Assembly (NCBI GenBank): GCA_004431415.1
Contig: QPMI01000664.1
Coordinates: 1-41,995 of the forward strand
Direction: 5' to 3'
Length of the DNA stretch: 41,995 bases
From: Cyanophora paradoxa CCMP329
Lineage: Eukaryota > Plantae > Glaucophyta
Both the position numbers and the translations under genes were made by a program. Shown here piece by piece: positions 30,642 through 40,848 of this stretch (within the stretch, counting starts at the first letter, position 1; each line of letters opens with the position of its first letter). A model generated the notes under the pieces. The model had not been told where the DNA came from. It saw only the letters and a program-made list of their open reading frames with translations, and did no database searches.

Positions 30642-30737
30642 TAAAAATAGTCGCCAATTTTACAAGTATGTACAATGGAATGACGCAATACTATTTACAG
30701 CATCTCAAAGTCAGAGTCATCGCCATCGGAAACCAAC

Positions 30738-31560
30738 TCAATGAGGCCTCGGGCGCCGACTTAAGGGAATGCGGGGAAGGGCCTGCGCTGCCTGCACTAA
30801 GTCCTGCCGCTCCTGCTCGCGCTGCGCCGCCAAGGCCGCTGCCGCCTCTGCCTCGCGCTGCCGCTGAGCCTCAATGCGCGCCTTGAGCTCGGCTGCCTCC
30901 TTCTGCTTGCGCTCGGCAATCTTGGCCAGCGTCATCTCGCGACGAAGAAGGCGCTCGTGACGCAGCTTGCGCCGCAGCTCGGCCATTTCGCGCTTGGCGA
31001 TGATGCGCTTCTCAATGGTCTTGACGTGCTGAGTCAGGCGCTCGGTGTAGTGTGACGTCACACGAGAACGGCAATGCCAGCGCCGAGCTTCAAGTCCTTG
31101 GCGTTTTCCTTGGCGGGTCCTTGACGCGCTCGGAGTTGTCGGTGAATGACGTAGTCTCCATGAACTTCTTCTTGACGATTGACTTGTCTTGATAATGCGG
31201 CGCTTGCGAGTCGGGTTTTCGTTGTCGCCTTCAGAGTCAGAAGACGACTCAGAGTCGTATGGGATCGGCACGTCAAAGTCGATGAAGTCGTTGATGTCAG
31301 ACTCGACGTCAGAGGCCTCGGACTTGCGTCTTCAGTGGGCTGAGGGGCAGATGACGACGATGACGGAGGGGGTAATTCGTGAAGACTTGAGGGGATAGGC
31401 CAGGCGAGCGTCTCGGCGGCAGACTCGCGAAAAGCTTGGGGTCGCCCCAGCCAGTGGGAGTCTTGACCCAGCCGGGACGGGGGGCACGTCGACGGGGGGC
31501 TCGGCTTGGGTTGCTTGGACTTGGCAGAAGGGCGGGTACAAAGTTGAGGTTGATGGTGCG
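30738..31560 (-). CDS. Hypothetical protein with acidic patch and coiled coil (frameshifted; start uncertain)
   Basis: ORFs 31058..31633, 31332..31541 and 30738..31271 overlap; E/K/R/A-rich coiled-coil C-terminus. Confidence 0.4.
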
Positions 31561-32879
31561 ACATTACCGTCGCTGTAAGCTGGTAGCAGTACCCCAGATT
31601 GCGGGCACGCTTCTCCATTTCACGGTAGGCCAATCGCGGGACTTAGTCCACATCTCGCGGCCTTGGCAAGGTCCTCAACAAGCTCAGAGGGAAGCGACAT
31701 CTGCGCAAAGGAAAAGTTCAGCAAAGGCAAACGTGAGGTGACTGAGAGAGCGGACTGTGAAATCGAGAGGCAGGTTTCCTTGGCTGAGAGAAGGCGGCGA
31801 ACCCGTTTCAAGAGTGAGGCAAAGTGGGCCGCCAGATGCCAGGCGTACGCGATGGGAGAAGGCGTGCGGATCACGAAGGTCATGAAGAACGTCGCGCCAA
31901 GCGAAGCGCACTGAGGCGCGCGGGCGCGAGGCCGACGCGCCGCCTGACGATACGCTGGCAACGCTCGCAGGAAGCGCGCGGATCCGGAGCCCCGGCAGCG
32001 GGAACGCTGCAGGGAGTGCGGTGCCCTCGAGTCCCGCCACCAAGGCGGGGAAACCCTAGCCCTCTCACACCTAGCTGCCGCCAGACGACTACGCTGGGTC
32101 CGGCTTCAGCGGCCATGCAAGTATACGACCATACGAACAGGTATGCTTGGGGCGTGGCACACAGAGGGCGCGCCCGCGCTAGAGGGAGACACTGGGGATT
32201 GCGGTCTGGGGGCGGGGCCGGAGGACGCAACACCAACAAATGGAGGCGGCGGAGGCACGGCAGCGGCGGCCAGTAGCCCAATCTACTGGGGCTGGCGAGG
32301 AGCCTGGCACACGGCGCGGCGAGGCCCTTGGGCAGCGCTGGCGGCGGACATACCATGATTGGGAGTCTTTGTAGAGATAGGACCTCGTAGCCGGGAGTTT
32401 AGGTTGGTTTAGAAATCGATACAGCTAGCTTCCACATCATTAGTATTAGTTAGAAACCTCCTTAGCTAGATATCTAGACACGAAACCTTCAAACCTTTCG
32501 TTCATTTGTACTTTCTAAAGCACAGCATACGACGGTCCTCGATAGTATCTAGTCGGAGAGATTTATTGGCGATGTGAAACTCATTGTAGTTGTTTGTGTG
32601 CTAATGCAAGAGATTTTAATTCAAGAGTGAGGCAAAATGGCGGCGGACCGCGGTTTTGTTGCCGATTTTTTTCGCGTCTAGTTCGCAACGGAAAACGTGC
32701 AACTGGCCTGAAAAAAGCCAAATTTGGCCTTTTCTTACGTTTCTCCCCCCTTCCTTGCTGCAAACTGGACCTAAAAAAATGTTGGCCGAAGGAAATCTCA
32801 CGAAAAAGTCCCTTCTCCCCCTGTTTGCTGCAAACTGGACCGCAAAAAAGTTGGACCGAAGCCCCCCTACCCCGCTGAG

Positions 32880-33438
32880 TCAACCTGGCGGAAATCACTC
32901 GAGTGCGTCCTCCGAAGGTCGAGTCTCGGGGTTGGGTGTACCCCCGTCCAGAAACTCATCTGAGGTCCACAGATTTTTCCCCAGCCGTGTCAGGTATGCC
33001 AAAACGGCCGCCTTATCTGGAAGATAATTCTCAGTCAGCAGCCGTTGAAAGGCGTTACGAAATCGCATGACAACCTCATCTGGATCATATCCTTTATGAA
33101 CGCCATGAACTGCGAATTTTTTGCAAGCTCCTCCGCTGCAACGGTGTCCGTATTGGGAATGCTATTGGATACGGAATATCCTCGTGAACCCCAGCAAGGT
33201 TGCTGCCTGTGTCGACTTCACTAGAAGAGGTGCGCGTAGCCAGTCATGATTGCTTCACGCCGAGCCCGTTGTGGCTGAAATCGTACCGTTGGCGGGCCAG
33301 GCTTCCTGTGAGCTCTTGCTCCATGCGCCCAATAAATGAGCGATCGTATGCTGCGCGCTTTCGATCGTATGAGGCTTCGACATTATCGCGGTGTTGTGTC
33401 GACTATCCTCTTCCGACGTCCACTGTCCAACTGGTCAT
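32880..33438 (-). pseudogene. Decayed viral ORF
   Basis: ATTTC...AAATG start at 33438; interrupted coding-like fragments (GYDPDEVVMRFRNAFQRLLTENYLPDKAAVLAYLTRLGKNLW). Confidence 0.3.
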
Positions 33439-33478
33439 TTGAGCTTTCCCTCCCTCCGAAATTTCCCCGCTTTTGAGT

Positions 33479-33535
33479 CCAGACTCTGATTTAACTCTTC
33501 CCAATCCAAGCACCAAGCACCAAGCACCAAGGTCC
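33479..33535. repeat. Third copy of the CACCAAG heptamer block
   Basis: CCAGACTCTGA...CCAAGCACCAAGCACCAAGCACCAAGGTCC, same orientation as 30575-30638. Confidence 0.8.
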
Positions 33536-33984
33536 TAGTCCATTTTTCTCCCATTTTGACTCGAGATTCTGTCCAAGTCCAAATCCGGCCCCGGGATTCG
33601 AACCCTCGTTTTGGGTCGATTTCACGCGTGAAAACAGCACTTTTCGGCCTTTCCGATTTTTCCTTTCTCGCGATCGCATTAATGCCCCCGATCTCGAAAT
33701 CGCGATCGAAAAGGGTCGCGATCGGGAGAAAGTCGCGATCACCAGGGTCGCGATCGGCTCGTGATCGCCGCGATCGCCAGCTCGGAGGGGGTACCCCCAC
33801 AGCTGTTGCGGCGGTTATAAGAACCTCCGCAATCCAAGCGTCACTTCCGAGTCTCGAGCTCTCGAGTTGACTTTTCGCGTTTGGCCATTGATGGCCCTCA
33901 TATATATATACGCATAATCTCACGACAATGTCCAGAATTCACTACAGATAGCTAGCTATAAGCGGGCCGCGAAGGCAAAGTAAA

Positions 33985-34905
33985 TACATTCGGGCATTCC
34001 AGAGCTGGTACTATTACTCTGATATAACCGGTGAGCCGGGGCGCCGGGCGGCACACAGAATTCGAAGAATCGCCTCGAGGAGTGAGAGGGGCACCTGAGA
34101 ATGATGGCCGCGGAACCACGCCCGTCCTCCCCAGGCGGGCCCCGCGCCTGCATCCGAGCCTGCGAAATAACATCTATTACATTGGGATTCAGTTTATATA
34201 AGGTGAGCCGGGGACGCCGGGCACGACACAGAAGAATCGCCTCGAGGGAGTGAGGGGGGCACCTGAGAATGATGGGCCCGCGGAACCACGCCCGGCCTCC
34301 CCAGGGCGGGCCCCGCGCCTGCATCCGAGCCCTGAGAACCAACATCGATTACATTGGGATTCAGTTTATATAAGGTGAGCCGGGCCGCCGGGCGCGACAC
34401 AGAAGAATCGCCTCGAGGGATGAGGGGGTCATCAGAGAATGATGGGCCGCGGAACACGCCCGGCCTCCCAGGGCGGGCCCCGCGCCTGCATCCGAGCCCT
34501 GAGAACCAACATCGATTACATTGGGATTCAGTTTATATAAGGTGAGCCGGGCCGCCGGGGCGACACAGAAGAATCGCCTCGAGGGAGTGAGGGGGGCACT
34601 GAGAATGATGGGCCCGCGGAACCACGCCCGGCCTCCCAGGGCGGGCCCCCGCCTGCATCCGAGCCCTGAGAACCAACATCGATTACATTGGGATCAGTTA
34701 TATAAGGTGAAGCCGGGGCCGCCGGGCGCGACACAGAAGAATCGCCTCGAGGGAGTGAGGGGGTCATCAGAGAATGATGGGCGGGCCCAGGAACCACGCC
34801 CGGCCCGCCTCCCCAGGGCGGCCCCGCGCCTGCATCCAAGCCCTGAGAAACAACATGTGGTATACATGGATTCAGAATCTATAAGATGCGGGGTGCCCGG
34901 GCCCT
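33985..34905. repeat. Tandem repeat, ~167-172-bp unit, about 5 copies
   Basis: CATTGGGAT(T)CAGTT(T)ATATAAGGTGA recurs at 34180, 34352, 34519 and 34686, with degenerate copies at both ends. Confidence 0.92.
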
Positions 34906-35609
34906 AGTGGGATGGCAAGAGCGAGACCAGGCACCATGTGCCATCCACAGAAGTTTCTTTTCGAACTGAATATCTTTGGATAGATTGAGCTCTATTACAT
35001 CAGAGTACATCATAAGAACGACAATGAAAAGAACTTTCAGGATATATAAAAAGGTCGGGACTCGCAAAGTAATCTAACTGTAAGAGCCCGCCAAAACGTC
35101 TGACGAGCTCTCAAGCCTGACATCATGGCATCTTGATCATGACCTCATCCAACTCTGTCATCATGAAAACTGACCTCGCCGAGTCGGTGAGTGACTCCAT
35201 TCCAGTCAACAACAGCATGTGTGGATCATATAAAGGCTTAAACAAGCCTCATATGTCACTCTTAACAGGGCATCGCTTGTTGGAACGAGATTTCGGAAAT
35301 TATTACGGGCCAGGTGCCCTAGAGCTAGCTATAGTGCACGTGCCCGGGCCTGGCCCCACGGCCATGCCGCGCGGCGCACTCGTACTATGCCCGCTGCCGT
35401 GCCCCCACGTGCCTCATTATATGCCCCGGCGCCGCGATCGCGACCGCCGTGCGCCACGTAACCGCCTCGCTTGGCGTGCCCTCATGATCACGTGCACATA
35501 TATATGCATGTCCCCTACACATGTCGTAAATGACGCCATGTGTCAATGCGAGACAAAGCAATTTGAGCTACTAGGCTATCAAATCACATCAAAATCTCTG
35601 CACATTGAG

Positions 35610-36870
35610 CGGGGAGCCGCGCCGCGCCCGCCGCGCCGCCGCGCCGCCGCCCGCCGCGCCGCGCCCGCCGCGCCGCCGCCGCCGGCCTCGCCGCCGCGCC
35701 TCGCGCGTGGGCGAGCCTCGCCGCCGCCCGCGCGCCTCCCGCGCCGCCGGCGAGATGCCGCGCCGCGCGCCGCGCCTCCGCCCCGCCCGGAGAGCCGCGC
35801 CCTGCCCCGCGCCTCCCGCGCCGCCCGCGAGATGCCCCGCCGCCCGCCGCGCCTCTGCCCGCCCGGAGAGCCGCGCCGCTGCCCGCCCGCGCCTCCCGCG
35901 CGTGCAGTGAGCCTCGTCGCCGCCCGCCGCGCCTCCCGACCGCCCGGCGAGATGCCCCGCCGCGCGCCGCGCCTCCGCCCCGCCCGGAGAGCCGCGCGCG
36001 CCCGCGCCGCTCCCGCGCCGCCGGCGAGATGCCCCGCGCCGCCGCGCCTCCGCCCCGCCCGGAGAGCCTCGCCGCCGCCCGCCGCGCCTCCCGCGCCGCC
36101 CGGCGAGATGCCCCGCCGCGCCCGCGCTCGCCCCGCCAGAGAGCCTCGCCCGCCCGTCGCGCCTCCGCCGCGTGCGGCGAGCCTCGTCGCCGCCCGCCGC
36201 GCCTCCGCCCCGCCCGGAGACCGCGCCGCTGCCGCCGCGCCTCCCGCCGCCCGGCGAGATGCCCCGCCGCCGCCGCGCTCTGCCCACCCGAGAGCGCGCC
36301 GCTGCCCGCCCGCGCTCCCGCGCGTGGTGAGCCTCGTCGCGCCGCCCGCCTCCCCGCACCGCCCGCGAGATGCCCCGCCGCGCGCCGCGCCTCCGCCCGC
36401 CCGGAGAGCCGCGCCGCTGCCCGCGCCGCCTCCCGCGCCGCCGGCGAGATGCCCGCGCCCGCCGCGCTCCGCCCCGCCCGGAGAGCCTCGCCGCCGCCGC
36501 CGCGCCTCCCGCGCGCCCGGCGAGATGCCCGCCGCGCGCCGCGCTCCGCCCGCCAGAGAGCCTCGCCGCCGCCCGTCGCGCCTCCGCGCGTGCGGCGAGC
36601 TCGTCGCCGCCCGCCGGCTCCGCCGCCCGGAGAGCCTCGCTGCGCCTTCGCGCTCCGCGCGTGCGGCAGCCTCGCGCGCCCGCGGCCTCCCGCGCCGCCC
36701 GGCGAATGCCCGCGCGCGCCGCGCCTCCGCCGCCAGAGAGCCGCGCGCTTGCCGCGCGCTACGCGGCGTGCAGTGAGCTCGCCGCGCCCGCCGCGCTCCG
36801 CCCCGCCCGGCGAGCCGCGCCGCCGCGCGCGCCTCCGCTCCGCCTGGCCGCGCCTCGGCCCTATGCGGCG
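35610..36870. repeat. Extremely GC-rich complex minisatellite
   Basis: Recurring CCGGCGAGATGCCCCGCCG, CCCGGAGAGCC and GAGCCTCGTCGCCG submotifs; ORFs in all frames are low-complexity. Confidence 0.85.
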
Positions 36871-38146
36871 GCCCCATGACTTGTCTATGAGAAAACTTCT
36901 AAGCGTGGTACGAACTGTTCATATCGCTTGCCGGAGGGGCGGGTCCCCGCATGGATCGCGCTGCCTCAGCATCTGCGCTGCGTCGCCGAGTCTCCCTGCG
37001 CCACGGAGTACTCAGCCCTGGGGACTCATAGGAGAGATTGTATTAGAAGTGGCACGCACGAAGCTTTTCGCTCGTTAGCGGCTCGGGCTGTGTATCGGTT
37101 GCCTGTCGCCACATCGCGCCGCGCCAGTTCTTGGCATCCTTGGCATCCTCGCACACGTATGCTTGCACGCGCTCAGCTGCACGATGGGATGCAGCTGCGG
37201 GACCATTGCACATGGTTGCAGCAGCAATGCAGCTGCGGGACCGGGGTACCAGTACGCGATTGGACAGGGTACACATCCAAAAAGCCTTCGTCAACGTCTT
37301 CGTCCCGCAGGCCTCGCTGGCCGCCGCCGAGCAACAGCATTGAACCGCGACTCCTAGCGCATTCCTGTCCTCTTCACGCGCAGGTCCTTGGTCATCGGCT
37401 TCCGTTCATCGGCTTCAACGGACACCCGCTGCGGTCGGTCTCCCGCCGTCCACTTGGTGCCACGCTGGCTAACTAGCTCTTGAGGGCGGACAGCAACCCT
37501 TCCGAGCACCGAGACGCGAATTCCGACGCTCTGGACCGAGACGCGATGGCAGGTTCGAACAAGTGCCCAAGACACCGTCCTGCCATCGGATTTGCTAAGT
37601 GATCTGACTACTCCGTAAAGGAGCCCTCGGTGGTCTCCCTAGGCCTGCGTTCCGCGTTCCGCGGGCCGGGCCCTCTGGCACCAGGTACGCGCGCGCCCCA
37701 GGCTGCGCCACGTTAGCTAGCAATGCTTGCTAGCAAGCGCGCCAGGCCGGTCCATCCTATAGCTTCCCGTCCCGCGCTGAGCTTAGGTGCCGCGCCTTGC
37801 CGTGACTTCGCGCGTGCAGGCGCCTGGCGGCACCGCGGCACGCGCAACGAGGCGCCGCGGATGTGGTGGAGCACATGGAGCGGCGCCGGCGGCTGGGACA
37901 AGTGGGCGATGGCGCTGCGCGGATGGCGCTGCGAGTAGCTAAGAGGTGGTCAACGAGGCGCGATGTAGGTGTAGCTAGCTAGCTAGCGAGACCATTCAGG
38001 CATCTGATAGCTAGCTAGCTAGAGAGTGAGTGCAATCGAGATTGGCTGCTCGCTGGTGGGCGCGCGGCGCGGGTGGACGGGTGCTCCGGTCACAGGCCTG
38101 CGAGATAAGCTTAAATAAGCTTAGATGCCTGCCGAGATGAGCTTAA

Positions 38147-40151
38147 ATGGTATTTCGGACTCATCATTGCGTGTCCGTTTCACTGAAATGGTATCTCGGG
38201 TTTTACTTAAGATACACCCGAGTTAATTCTCGCTGTGCGCGATATCGATACGTCTTCCTCTACTCGCTCGCCCTCGGCTCGGGACGCGCGAACGACGAGC
38301 AGGTGGAAGCGATGCGTGAGTTTCGGGTGCGTTCGACCTGCTGCGGCGTCGACCGATCGCGAGCCGCCCAGCGGCCGCGTCTTGCCGTCTGACGTCGACC
38401 CGCGGCCGTGCCGACGCCCCAGCCTGGCAGCGCGTCATCTACCGGAACCAGTACCGAGCCCGCGAGGATTGCAGCCCCCGCGTGTCTCAGATCCTCCTCT
38501 TTCGCTTCGGCGCCGCAGGCGCGCGCGCCGCATCCCGCACGCCCTGCGGCCGTGACCCCGGGTTTAGTGCGCGGGCCGGCGGCGGGCGCAGGGTTCGGCT
38601 CGGAGCTCCACCACACGGCCTCGCTCTGGGGATCGTGCTCAAGACGCGGCGCGTGCTCCTGGTGGCCCGCACCAGGACTGGCTGTGCGCGCGTCGCGCCC
38701 GCCCCTCTCAGAGTCTGCCCCCTCCCGCCCGAGCCGAGAGCGGGCGGCCCGGCGGCAGGTACGCGGACCACGATCTCTGCGCGGAGGAGTGCCGCTGCCT
38801 CGGCTGCCGCATGCTCCCGCTCTCCACCTGCTCGTGCGCCGACGCGCCGACGCGGCGGCGCGGCGCACCTCCCCCAGCCCGCCTCACGCGCCGGCGCGGG
38901 GCAGCCTCTCGGACCTTGGGGACCTGCAGAGCGGGGCGGCGCCCATATCGCTCGGGAAGCACGAGGCGCGCCGCGCTCCGGCCCACCCGCCCCCCCGCCT
39001 CGGGCGAGCCGGCGGCGGGGCGCAGCGAACAAGACGGTCCTCTACTACGACTTCGCGGCGTGGAGCGACGCGGCGCTCGCGCGCTCCGTGGCGGCCCCCG
39101 GCGAGGCGCGGCCCCCGGGCTTCGAGAAGTGGGGCCCCGAGTGGGCCCGCGCCCAGGCGCGCCTTGAAGGCCGGGCGAGCGACCCGCGGGCGCCCCCTCA
39201 CTCGCACGCGCGGCAGGCCGTCGCCTTCCTGCTGCGCTCCAACGCGCGGGGCGCGGCCTGGCTCGAGGAGGGCCTGCGCGCCGCCGGCCTCGCCCCCGGC
39301 GCCCCCTGCGTCTCCATCCACGTCCGGTCCGCCCCGCCCCGCCCCTGCGCCCCACGCCCGCCGCCGCCGAGCGGGCGGGGCAGGCGGCAGGACAAGAGGT
39401 CGGAGGCGAGGCCGCTGCCGCTGGCCCGGGTGCGGCGCCCGCTGCGCCCCCCGCGGGCGGGGCCGACCGGGGGGGCGGCCCGGCCAGTACGTGGAGCGGG
39501 CGGAGCCGTTCCTCCGCGCCCTCAACACGACCCTCTTCTTCGTCGCAACGGGTCCGCCTGCCCCCACGCCCCCCCTCCGGGGGCCGGGGGGCGAGGGGCG
39601 GGGGCAGACGAGGCAGCGGTGCTGCGGGAGGAGGCGGGGGCGTACGGGCCGCGCTACACCTTCCTCCACGCCCCCGACAAGGACCGCGCGGTGGGTGGGG
39701 CCCCGCCGGCCATGGCCAGCCGCGTCTCAGGGCGGCGGGGGCAGGTCTTCGACCACGCGAGCCACCTGCGGGAGCGGCGGAGGGGCGGGACGCGCACGCG
39801 CGAGTGGAAGGTGGCCCCCCGCGCCCTCCGCGGGGCCGCGGGCGAGGCGGGGCGGGGCGGGCAGGCGGCGATGGTGGACGTGGTGGCGCTGGCGACGTGC
39901 GGCGCCTCCGTCGTCACCTTCTCAAGCAACGTCCGCCGCCCCCCCGCCCCCGCCCCGCCCCGCCGAGCGCCCCGCTCCGCGCTGCAGATCGGGCGCCTGG
40001 TCGCCGAGCTGGCGACCTTCCTGCGGCACAACCACACGCGGGCGCGCGCCGGCCCCCGCCCCCCGCCCCCGCCTCTCGGGCCGAGGGGCGGGGGCGGCAG
40101 GTGCGGGGCGAGGTGGTCTCCCTCGACGACACTTTCTTCCTCCCGCCCTGA
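38147..40151 (+). CDS. Host alpha-1,6-fucosyltransferase-like glycosyltransferase (GT23/FUT8-like), multi-exon; 5' end approximate
   Basis: After removing GT-AG introns (39327-39383, 39430-39487, 39552-39607, 39691-39744, 39811-39864, 39931-39987) the exons read SIHVRRQDKRSEA...FVATDE...DVVALATCGASVVTFSSNIGRLVAEL...VSLDDTFF; upstream GAGFGSELHH. Confidence 0.8.
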
Positions 40152-40848
40152 CCGCCCGGCCCCGCCCAACCCGCGCCCCCCGCCCCTGCTCCTTCACCCA
40201 CGTCCGCCTCCTCCTTGGCTTCTCGGGGCCCCGCCCGCCCGCCCACCCCGCCCGTCCCGCAGACCCCCTCCCGGAGTCCACCCCCTTCGTTCGCCACCGA
40301 CGTCGACGCCCCACCATCCTCGCCCCGCGCCCCGCCGCCCCGCCCCCGGCGGCCTTCCTGGCGCGCGGCCCCGCGCGGCCTTCCCCCGGCGCCGGCAGCC
40401 CCGCGCGGCCGCGGGTCGACCCGCTGCTGGCGCCTCGCCTCTGGGGGCCCCGAGCATGCGCAGCGGGGCGGGTCCTGCGGAGGGCCCCGGCCAGGTCCCC
40501 ATGGCCAGTGCTCGCGAATTCGAAGCTGCTCGCGTTGATCCTGAGCTCGGCCCGCGGCCGGTCGCTTTCCGTTCGTGGCCCGCTGCAGTGCAATTCAATA
40601 CTTGTCCTGTCGACGTCTGTAATATGTGTGCCCCTCTCTGATCACTCCTCCCTCGTTCATTTTGTTCGTTAGTTCGTTAGTTCTTGTTTAGTGCAGTAGG
40701 AGACTCAGTGACTGCTGTAGATCACTAGAAGAGAAGCCCCGCTCCAAGTAGTGTCAGGCCGGCCGACACTTTTAATCTGACACTATTTACATTAAATATT
40801 GTCAGGACAGTGTCACTTCCTGCCCCATTCTACTAGCTATAGTGGGAG

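Larger units (their letters stand above)
1..33900. mobile_element. Endogenous mriyavirus-like (small Nucleocytoviricota relative) provirus; left end outside the window, right boundary approximate
   Basis: Dense, apparently intron-less genes including DJR MCP, A32-like ATPase, RuvC, VLTF3, SSB and two HUH endonucleases. A shared upstream motif ATTT(T)C persists to about 33,460. The element abuts satellites and an intron-rich eukaryotic gene. Confidence 0.82.

Noticed and set aside
1-33900. Classification as Polinton/Maverick, virophage or prophage
   Set aside because: No pPolB, rve integrase, adenoviral-type protease, terminase, portal or HK97 capsid is seen. VLTF3 and the NCLDV-type MCP point elsewhere, and the flank is eukaryotic.
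33985-34905. 167-bp array as CRISPR or a coding repeat
   Set aside because: The whole unit is repeated with no variable spacers, and indels between copies break the frames.
35133-37078. Long Arg/Pro/Ala-rich ORFs on both strands
   Set aside because: They arise from a stop-poor GC minisatellite and show no domain signal.
38147-40151. Functional link between the host fucosyltransferase and viral lectin-like fibres
   Set aside because: Adjacency alone is not evidence; the gene is intron-rich host DNA separated from the virus by about 4 kb of repeats.
38408-40672. 754-aa and 719-aa ORFs as single-exon genes
   Set aside because: They are read-through of GC-rich introns; the spliced FUT8-like model explains the conserved motifs.
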